From an uncultured Planctomycetaceae bacterium (lineage in GTDB: Bacteria; Planctomycetota; Planctomycetia; Isosphaerales; Isosphaeraceae): a DNA stretch of 64,000 bases. The stretch lies in contig CAWIAD010000002.1 of NCBI GenBank assembly GCA_963833985.1, positions 1,568,001-1,632,000 of the forward strand, written 5' to 3'. Numbering within the stretch: the stretch's first letter is position 1; each line of letters starts with the position of its first letter. The notes below the pieces were generated by a model, which saw only the letters and a program-made list of their open reading frames with translations, was not told the DNA's origin and did not search any database. Positions 56,139 to 64,000 of this stretch are shown piece by piece. The position numbers and the translations under genes were made by a program.

Positions 56139-56411
56139 GACCTGGACGACTCCTCTGTGCATGGGCAACCGATCCACATCGAAACTATCCGTCCTGGGTC
56201 CTTCCTTCAAGCCTCGTCGGGGCGTCCTCGCGGCCACGGGGTTCGGGCTCCGCGGCAACCACCTTCGGAACTGTCTCCGGTCGTGCCCATGCATACAAGC
56301 GGGCGGGTTGGGATTGGCGCTTCGGGCCGTAGCGAATAGATTCGGCCCTTCCCGGCCGAGCTGGACGGTCGGCGGGGCTCCAGCTCCCACCTCATGGAGG
56401 AGCGACGCTTC

Positions 56412-58521
56412 ATGGGAAGAGGCAAGACCGCAAGATTCACCGCTATCGAGACGGCCGGGACGTCGCGCCTCGGTCAACTCGTGCCGGTCTGGGGCGCGCT
56501 CGTCGCCTGCGTGTGGACCACGTTCGCTCCTGTCCTGAGCAACGGGTTCATCGACTGGGACGACCCCAACTGGATCCTCCGGAACCTTTCGTTCCAGGGC
56601 CTGGGCTGGGAGCAGATCCGTTTCGCCTTCACGACGTTCAAAGGCGGCGTCTACCAGCCGCTCGGCTGGCTTTTTCAGAGCCTCACCTACGAGCTTTGCG
56701 GACTCGACCCGCGGGGCTACCACCTGGTGAGCCTGCTCTTCCACGTCGTCAACGTGATCCTCCTTCATCTCCTCTGTCTGAAGCTCCTCGAGACCGCAAT
56801 GCCCGAGGCGGCGAAGCGGCTCGGAGCTGCGCTCGGCTGGCTCTGCGGCGTTCCCGTGGTGCTTTACGCCGTCCATCCGCTGCGGGTCGAGCCGGTTGCC
56901 TGGGCCTCGTGCCAGGCGTACCTGCCTGGCGTGGCGTTCTCGCTGCTGGCGACCCTCGCCTACCTGCGCGCCCATCCCGCCGCGGAGCAGACCGCCGTCC
57001 CTGGATGATCGGCTCGTTCTTCCTTGTCGTGCTCGCCGTGCTCTCGAAGGGCTCGTCCGTCGTCCTGCCATTCGTGTTCCTCATCCTCGATGCCTATCCG
57101 TTGGGGCGGCTCGGCCCGGGCGTCCCTTCCTGGCCCTCGGTCCGGAAGGTGCTCGTCGAGAAAGGCGCCATCCTTCTCTTCTGCCTGACCTTCATGGCCG
57201 TGGCCTTCGCGGCCAAGCAGACCGGGACCGATCTCGAGGTGACCGCGCAGCCCGTGCCCGTCGCCAGGTTGGCCCAGGCCAGCTTCGGTGCCTGGTTCTA
57301 CCTTGCGAAGACCCTCTGGCCGTTCGGGATCACGGCCTTTTATCCCCGACCCGAGGGCGGCGATTTCCAGACGCCCCTTTTCGTTGCGTGCTTCGCCGGG
57401 CTCATCCTGGCCGCGGTGGTGCTGCTCTGGCAGCGGAGGAGACGGCCCTGGCTGCTGGCGGCCCTGGCCGCTTACCTGGTGATCGCTTCCCCCTATCTCG
57501 GCCTGGCGCGCGTGGGCAACGCCCTGGCGGCGGACCGGTACAGTTACGCCCCGACGCTGGTGTGGGTCGTCCTCGCCTGCGCTGGTCTGTGCCGGCTCGC
57601 CCAGCGCCGCTGGCCGCGACCGGTATGGATTGGAGCCGGGGCCGGGGCCGGCACGCTCGCGATCGCGTGCGGCCTCATGACGCTTGGCTCTGCCCAGTGC
57701 CGCGTCTGGGGCGACAGTGAGCGGCTCTGGGGCCAGGCGCTGCGCACGCCGGATGGAGCGCGGATGTGCACCATTTCATGGGCACGGCGCTCGCGGACGA
57801 AGGGAAGCTGGATCGTGCCATTGCCGAGTATCGCGAGGCCCTGCGCATCCGTCCCCACGACCATGAGACGACGTGCGACCTGGGTGCCGCGCTGCTCCAG
57901 AGAGGCGAGCACGATGCGGCCATCGCCTGCCTTCGCGAGGCCGACCGCATGGGACCGAAGGATCCCAGGGTCCTGCTCGGCCTGGGCCGGGCCCTGGTGC
58001 GCCGGGGAGATGCCGCCGAGGCCATCCCGCTCTATCGCGAGGCGCTGCGGTTCGAGCCGGATCATCCCAGCCTGCACTTCAACCTGGGCGTCGCCCTGCT
58101 CGATCAGAACAGGGTCGAAGAGGCGGCCACCGCGCTGCGCCGGGCCGTGGAGCTGCGGCCGTCGAATGCCGAGGCCCACGCGATGCTGGCTGGGGCACTG
58201 GTGCTCCAGGGCCGGCAGGCCGAGGCCGTCACGCAGTACCGGCAGGCCCTAGAATTGGAGCCGAACAACTCGGACTCGCGCATCAGCCTGGGACTGGCAC
58301 TGGCCCGGCAGGGACGTTTTGATGATGCGACCATCGAGCTGCGCGAAGCCATCCGGCGCGATCGGCAGAACGCCAAGGCCCACCACGTGCTCGCCGCGAT
58401 CCTCATGAGCCGTCGCCGAGTGGATGAAGCGACCGCCGAATTCGAGGAGGTCCTGCGGCTCCAGCCCGATCACCCCCAGGCGCGCATCTCCCTGGCGAAG
58501 CTGAGAAGCCGCCTCAGGTAA
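56412..58521 (+). CDS. TMTC-like membrane protein (GT-C-type N-terminus plus TPR repeats; frameshifts near 56985 and 57745)
   Basis: FIDWDD..I..N, YQPLGW, GYHLVSLLFH..N, HPLRVEPVAW, ADRYSY, about seven TPRs. Confidence 0.85.
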
Positions 58522-58785
58522 GAACCTCCGCTCTGGACCCTCCTCCAGGCTGCACCGCGGGGCGACTCCACGGAGTCACCGCGACACCGGCCCGGTGTTC
58601 CGCCAGGGCCGTTTGCTCAGAATTCAAGGTCGGAGGGTAGCCTGGCCGGTCGACTTGCCGCGGCCGGGCCGTCTGGCGTCGAGCGCCGCTCCGAAGCCAC
58701 ACTTGATGGCTCACGAAACGAGTGCCCTGTCCAGATCGGGACGAAATCTGAACGGCGCGCCGAGCGGCTTACTCAAAAACGCCAA

Positions 58786-58892
58786 TCAGGTGCCCAGCAG
58801 GGGCTTCAGCTTTGCTCTGGCCTCGGTCAAAACTTCAGCAGGAGCGTTCCCGGCATACTCCGCGGAACGAACTCGCCAATCAGCGATCTCCG
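58786..58892 (-). pseudogene. C-terminal remnant of a MazF/PemK toxin
   Basis: RS(L)/DWRVRSAEYAGNAPAEVLTEARAKLKPLLGT* resembles the MazF tail 'kSlDWraR.a...g.....l......l..Ll'. Confidence 0.6.
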
Positions 58893-59183
58893 CGTGATTC
58901 CGGCGTGTCGTGCGAACGGCTGCTCATCGACCAGGAATCCCGGCGCGGTGGGTTCAGACATCAACCCGCCCAGACTGCATTCTGATCAAGCGTGCCGATG
59001 AAGGGGTCATCTGCCCAGACGCTGAAGAGGAGTCCAGGGGTGGCCCTCTTTGACTCAGTCCTTTCTTTTTTCCTGCTGCGGAAGCTGGGCCAGGGCCGGA
59101 GGCACACCCACGCACACAATCAGCCTCGCCCTGGCGCTGCCAGCCGGCTGTGATAAGCTGGGAACCAAAGGAGAAACCAGAGC

Positions 59184-59492
59184 ATGACGATCAATTTACC
59201 CGAGCATCTGGGGCAGCACGTGCACGACCAGGTCGTGGCAGGCCGTTTCCGTAGCGAGGACGACGTCATCATCGACGCCCTGGAGCGGCACAGGCAGGCC
59301 CAGCAGCCGGCCTCCCCGGCAAACTGCCGCGACGAGCCCAGCAGCCTGGAAATGCAGCGTCGCCTGTTCGAGGCCGGCATCATCAGCGAGATCAAGCCGG
59401 CGATCACCGACCTGACCCCGTATGGGAATCGCCCGGCCATCCCGGTCCGTGGGGAACCCCTCTCCGAGGCCGTCATCCGTGAGCGTCGCTAG
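59184..59492 (+). CDS. Antitoxin-like protein (RHH/ParD-like N-terminus, VapB-like C-terminus)
   Basis: MTINLPEHL...V..GRF.SEDDVI..AL; C-terminal GEPLSEAVIRERR; AAGGAG RBS. Confidence 0.75.
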   Translation: MTINLPEHLGQHVHDQVVAGRFRSEDDVIIDALERHRQAQQPASPANCRDEPSSLEMQRRLFEAGIISEIKPAITDLTPYGNRPAIPVRGEPLSEAVIRERR

Positions 59493-59494
59493 CG

Positions 59495-59722
59495 GTGGCC
59501 GCCTACGTCTTCGGCAAAAGTGCGGTGCGGGGGAAGCCAGCCGAGGAGGTAGCGATCCAGGATCAGGAAATCAAGACGCTGAAGGGACTCGTGACGAGGC
59601 TCGCCTTGGCGAAGGAGCGCGCTCAAGACCCAAAGCGGGCGAGTGAGATCGAGAAAGCGTACAAGGCCACCAAGGCCGAGCTTGATGCGCACATCCAGGA
59701 GCGCGCGGCCTTCTCGCATTGA
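59495..59722 (+). pseudogene. Chimeric ORF: first ~11 codons of a VapC/PIN toxin fused to an unrelated helical fragment
   Basis: Starts 2 nt after the antitoxin stop; MAAYVFGKSAV resembles PIN 'MA.Yf.DtSAlvK', then diverges. Confidence 0.5.
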
Positions 59723-59954
59723 CGGACCCGTGGTACCCCCGGAGGCATGGTGCAGTGCGGGAGGTCCGGATGCGGCATCGCGGGCAGAATGACACCGATC
59801 ATGATGTCCCCGGCGATTCAGCCGCAGATGCAGACGCTTGTTTTGAAGGATCGCTTGTTCTACCGGGACTATGCCAGGTTCATGTTTTTTGTCCGGTTCA
59901 GGTTGCCCTCAAGAATCAAACTCCGAGGCAGGCAGTGGCCTGTCTGACGCTCCC

Positions 59955-59984
59955 TGGAAAAAAACCGCAACCGCTTCCTATAAT
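59955..59984 (+). promoter_or_regulatory. Candidate sigma70 promoter of the Panacea operon
   Basis: Perfect TATAAT at 59979-59984, TGGAAA 18 nt upstream; ~80 nt before the start codon. Confidence 0.5.
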
Positions 59985-60064
59985 TAGCCTTCGGCTGAGG
60001 AGGAAAGAATTGCCTGTCGTAAGTCGAGGTGAGCCGGGAGGCGGGCCTCGGGAGGTGAGAAACC

Positions 60065-60508
60065 GTGGCTCCTTTCCCAAGACTCTGTAAGTCGCTTGAA
60101 TACCTTGTCGATCGATGGGGGCCTGTCGAGGGCCGTACCCGCATCATGAAGCTGATCTACCTCGCTGACCTGGAGTGGGCGAGGACGCACCGCAACACAC
60201 CGTACACCGAAGCGAGCTACTACCGCTGGAACCACGGGCCGTTCTCCCGCGAGGTGCTGCGTGCCCTTGAGTGGATGGACGGGATTGAACTCGTCACGTC
60301 GAACATCCCGTGGGTCGACGGCAACGCGTTCCGCTACAGTTCCGGGGAGAGCACCCGCCTGTCGGATGTAGAGATTGACCCCGAATTCGTGCATCTGCTC
60401 GACACGATCGGAAGCCGCTGGGGAAGCCGGCCGTTGCGGGAACTTCTGAAGCACGTCTACGGGGACGCAACGTTCACGAAAAAGGAGTTCGGTGAGCATC
60501 TGTTCTAA
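60065..60508 (+). CDS. Panacea (DUF4065/SocA-like) antitoxin-domain protein
   Basis: GRTRIMKLIYLAD, T...YYRWNHGPFSREV, L.EL..HVY motifs; GGAGGT RBS. Confidence 0.85.
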   Translation: MAPFPRLCKSLEYLVDRWGPVEGRTRIMKLIYLADLEWARTHRNTPYTEASYYRWNHGPFSREVLRALEWMDGIELVTSNIPWVDGNAFRYSSGESTRLSDVEIDPEFVHLLDTIGSRWGSRPLRELLKHVYGDATFTKKEFGEHLF

Positions 60509-60522
60509 AGTGCGGGGAAGAG

Positions 60523-61758
60523 ATGCTCCACATCGAGCACAGCGAGGACTACAAGAAACGGTGGCCGGTCGCTCAGAAGGCGGGCCTTATCCAGTCCCCG
60601 TCGTTGAAGGATAAGCCGCCAACCCCTTTGAAGATTCTGAACGCTGATGGTCTCCTTGATCTCTCGTTCATCTTCTTTACAGGCTGGCTCTTCACCGGCA
60701 TCCTGAACCGCACGAAGGACATCATCCGGATCTCCCTCGTCCCGTTCGGCCCGAACGACGAATCATCCATACTTGTGCTCTACAATCCGACGACCCACCT
60801 CGCCTCACCGTCCAGAGCGATCAGCGAGCTGTTTGATCCGGATTACTTTGTCTGCCCATTGGACCGCTCCGAGGGAAGGGATCTCTCGGGGACGCAAAAG
60901 CACCTCTGCCCTGTCGTCAACAAGCTCCGCTACAATCTGGCGCATGCCCGCCCGGATCGGAGCGTCGATGGTCTCAAGGAGCCTCACAAAACGCAGTATT
61001 GTTGCGAGTCGAGGAAGGTAAAGCTCTGGGAATACCTGCAAGGTGCAATCCTTGCCGACCCTGAGGTCTACGGGCCGATGGTCGGCGGTCGGTGCTACCC
61101 AATCCGGCTGCCGTTTTCGTTCCTCAGGAACTACCTGACGGGTATCGAGCCGAAGAACCTCGACCTCGGCAAGCTGCTCGAGGAGACACTCCTCTGGTAC
61201 GCGATGGACGCATCCGGCGTCGTCATGGGATTCGCCCACGCGCAGCCGATCGTGCCGATCGCTTTCAATGAGATTGACCTGATGCTCTACGAGCCGGGGA
61301 CCGACTTGCAAGGCGTTCTGATGCCGCCAACCGGACCGTGGGAAGCGTATCTGGGCAAGCACGCCGTCTGCCTCATGGAGCTCACCGTCGGGCACCAGCC
61401 GGAAGTCGCAAAGGGAGCTTCAGCTCAGCAGAAAGGAGAGACCGGCCCAGGTAAGGATGTGCCGAAAAACAAGCTGATGAACTTCTACGCGATGAAGTCA
61501 TTCGGCTTCCGCCTGACGCATGGTCACTACTTCACGGTGCTCGGCGAGTCGAGCCTGGCACCGCCCACTTTGCGGACGCTGGAAACCACCGAAGGATTCA
61601 CCTACCGTTGCTTATCGAACGAGTGCGGTGACGACATCGGGCGGCTCGTGCTCAACCATTCGGATGCTCCCGTTCCGTGGGAGAGAATCCGGAAATGGCA
61701 TGAACACCTTATCCGTATGGTCCTCGACGCTGCTAACATATTCCGGAGCAAAATCTAA
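60523..61758 (+). CDS. Hypothetical protein with putative PD-(D/E)xK-like nuclease domain; candidate toxin/effector
   Basis: 14 nt after the Panacea gene; FLRNYLTG..GKLLEE...NEIDL...LMELTVG; intact 411-aa ORF. Confidence 0.65.
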   Translation: MLHIEHSEDYKKRWPVAQKAGLIQSPSLKDKPPTPLKILNADGLLDLSFIFFTGWLFTGILNRTKDIIRISLVPFGPNDESSILVLYNPTTHLASPSRAISELFDPDYFVCPLDRSEGRDLSGTQKHLCPVVNKLRYNLAHARPDRSVDGLKEPHKTQYCCESRKVKLWEYLQGAILADPEVYGPMVGGRCYPIRLPFSFLRNYLTGIEPKNLDLGKLLEETLLWYAMDASGVVMGFAHAQPIVPIAFNEIDLMLYEPGTDLQGVLMPPTGPWEAYLGKHAVCLMELTVGHQPEVAKGASAQQKGETGPGKDVPKNKLMNFYAMKSFGFRLTHGHYFTVLGESSLAPPTLRTLETTEGFTYRCLSNECGDDIGRLVLNHSDAPVPWERIRKWHEHLIRMVLDAANIFRSKI

Positions 61759-61836
61759 AACCGGCTCGAGTTGAAACAGGCTCAGTGGGTTTACTGGATG
61801 ACGATGCGAACCTGATCGCGCCCAATCTACAGCGTA

Positions 61837-61987
61837 TTGGAGCGGTTTTCACTCGGATCGCAGACTGAGACCGGGGGGCAGGCATTCCTGCCTGCCGGAG
61901 CAGGCCGGTCCTGGCAGACAGAAATGTCTGCCCCCCCCCTCTCCAAAACTCAGAAACTGCCCGCAACGCGTCAGAAAACCGCTCTAA
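61837..61987 (-). mobile_element. MITE/REPIN-like element, copy 3 (best preserved ends)
   Basis: TIR TTGGAGCGGTTTTC / GAAAACCGCTCTAA (13/14); reverse complement of copy 1. Confidence 0.88.
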
Positions 61988-62081
61988 ACTGTCGCCGCGA
62001 CCCAGCTTCCCAACCCCGCATGGGCCAGAAGAAGCTCAATTGCCGCCCTGTCCCCTCAAGCCCGTGCGCGGGTCCCTGACC

Positions 62082-64000
62082 ATGCCGAGAAGAACGCTGA
62101 GCGACAAACCTGAAACACTGCCGAATGGCATTTGTGGGGGCCTTGGACTCCGAGTCCGCGGGATGTGGTCCTGGGCCGGCGCCTGGGTGGCGTGCCTGCT
62201 CTGCATTCATACGCTCCTCATTGGCCTGAGCCTGCCGCGAAACTCGGTGACTGTCGACGAGGTGTACCACCTGCCGGCCGGCATGAGTTACTGGCAGTTC
62301 GGCGAGTTCTGGTGCTATCACCACAATCCCCCGTTTGTGAAGCTCGCGTTCTCGCTGCCTGCTGTCGTGGCGGGCGTGCCTACTGATTACCGAAAGTACA
62401 TTCCCGGAGGCGACTGGCGGGGCGGCGAGATGAGCCGGGACTTCATGACGCTGAACAAAGACCGTTACATGAGCCTGTACGTGATGTGCAGGCTTGTGGT
62501 TGTGGCCATCTCGGTGCTCGGCGGCTCCCTTGTGTTCCGGTGGTCAAGGGAGCTATTCGGTGCGTGCGGCGGGTTCATCAGCCTGTCCATGTGGGTGTTC
62601 TGCCCGGAGATCCTCGCCCACGGCGGGCTGACCACGATCGATACCGGCGCGACGGTCGTGGCGCTCGCCGCGAGCTACGCGTTCCGGGCCTATTTCAAGG
62701 AGCCCAGCCTGGAGCAGGCGATCCTCTGCGGCGTGTTGCTCGGCCTCGCGGAGGCGAACAAGTTCTCGCTCGCGGTGTTGCCGGCGGTGTGGGTGGTCCT
62801 CGCGCTCCTGGCGGCCTGCACGGGCCGGCTCACCGCGAGCGGCGTAGCGGTTCCCTGGCGCCGCGTGCTCGGCCACGCGGCGTTCGTGTGCCTCGTGTCA
62901 CTCTACGTCCTGAACAGCCTCTACCTGTTTGAGGGCACCGGACGCCGCCTGGGGTCGTTCACGTTCAAGAGCCGGTTGCTGATCGGGCGGGAGGCAAACG
63001 ACCCCGAGACGCCCCGGCGCAGGGAACTGCTTCCAGGATACGTTGCTTGGCCGGGTGCCCATGCCGCTTCCCGAGCAGTACCTTCTGGGGTTCGACGACC
63101 AGATTCATGACGTGGATAGTGGCCACTATTACAAGTACCTGCGCGGTGAGCTGCGGCGTGGCGCCGGGTGGTATCACTATTATCTCTACTACCTGGCGGT
63201 CAAGACGCCGGTCGGTATGCTCGGCCTCATGTTCCTCGCGGCCTTACTCGCGTTGTGGCGCCGCGCGTACCGCCGGGATCTCGTCGATGAGGCTTGCCTG
63301 ATCGTCCCGGCCCTCGCGCTCTTCGTGGGTCAGCTCGCAAACGGGACTGAACTTCGGGCGCTGCGCGCTGCCCGTCTACCCCTTCGTGTTCATCCTGACC
63401 GGGCGGCTGGGGCCGTTCCTCGCGGCCAGCCGGCGATTGTGGTCGGTGGTCGTGGCCGGAACCCTGGTCTGGTCGGCGGCCGGAGCGATTGCCGTCTACC
63501 CTTACTTCCTGACCTATTTCAACGAGGCCGCCGGCGGCCCCGAGCATGGGCTCGAGCACCTGGCCGACAGCAATATCGACTGGGGCCAGGGTCTGGTGGG
63601 GCTCAAGGACTGGCTCGACGAGCACGCACCCGGGCGGGCCGTGGAGCTCGCCTATTTCGGGTTCATGTATCCGGAGGTCCTGGGCATTCGCTACGAGCTG
63701 CCGCCCTTCAGCGCGAGCGCCAATCCCGGCCGCGACGATGATGTCATCGGTCCCATCCCCGGCCTCCACGCCATCAGCGCCAATTACCTGATCGGCGTCC
63801 CTTTCATGTCGTCGAACGGTCATGGCTTGCAGACGGGTATACCGCTGAAGGCATACGCGTACTACCGCCGGTTCCGGCCCATTGCGGTCGTGGCTCGTTC
63901 GATTTACATTTATGAGATTGACCTGGACGAGGCGAATCGCGTGCGGCGCGAGCTGGGGCTGGCCGAGCTGAAGGACGGCGAGGCTCTTTTGCAAGCCCCC
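62082..64000 (+). CDS. ArnT/PMT-like (GT-C) membrane glycosyltransferase, frameshifts near 63020 and 63340, runs off window
   Basis: SVTVDEVYHLPAG, HNPP, PEILAHG.L.T.D, WYHYY.YYLAVKTP, YFNEAAGGP..G..HLADSNIDWGQ. Confidence 0.85.

Noticed and set aside
55446..57071. 541-aa ORF suggesting a large Uma2 fusion
   Set aside because: The N-terminal part is antisense to the TMTC-like gene; the real start is ATG 56138 after GAGGAG
59719..60090. Short ORFs upstream of the Panacea gene as a third component
   Set aside because: Weak starts, no recognisable motifs, and they overlap or abut the predicted promoter; cannot be supported

Overview
High-GC bacterial window, most likely from a planctomycete (Isosphaeraceae-like). 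Evidence for this: a Planctomycete-type 'LQVESLEGRALL' extracellular leader, many Tat-exported Gfo/Idh/MocA and TIM-barrel enzymes, H4MPT-pathway genes and Uma2. At least 15 otherwise intact genes carry single frameshifts, best explained as long-read assembly indels. Main blocks: (i) Tat-exported sugar-metabolism genes (0-8.8 kb, 52.8-55.4 kb). (ii) A divergent 23-kb stress/glycosylation island. Its leftward arm is poxB-like, mandelate racemase, FAD/FeS oxidase, DUF296, SDR and DUF892 behind a consensus sigma54 promoter. Its rightward arm has GT2/GT4/GT9, a deacetylase-fascin fusion, a GT4-SIS fusion, GmhB, a carbamoyltransferase and a radical SAM/SPASM enzyme, with an IS701 inserted in a stop codon. 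(iii) A SWIM-SNF2 pair and methanopterin-biosynthesis genes. (iv) A diheme peroxidase, an ELWxxDGT protein and membrane glycosyltransferases. (v) Accessory DNA: three copies of a ~145-bp MITE/REP element, a decayed RAYT with stuttered repeats, and two toxin-antitoxin 'graveyards'. The best candidate for a new system is an intact, compositionally atypical two-gene operon at 60.1-61.8 kb: a Panacea (DUF4065)-type antitoxin followed by an unrecognised 411-aa protein with a Card1-like PD-(D/E)xK nuclease motif, in DNA that apparently replaced a vapC toxin gene. All family calls are from motif recognition by eye, not database searches. No tRNA, rRNA or CRISPR array was seen.
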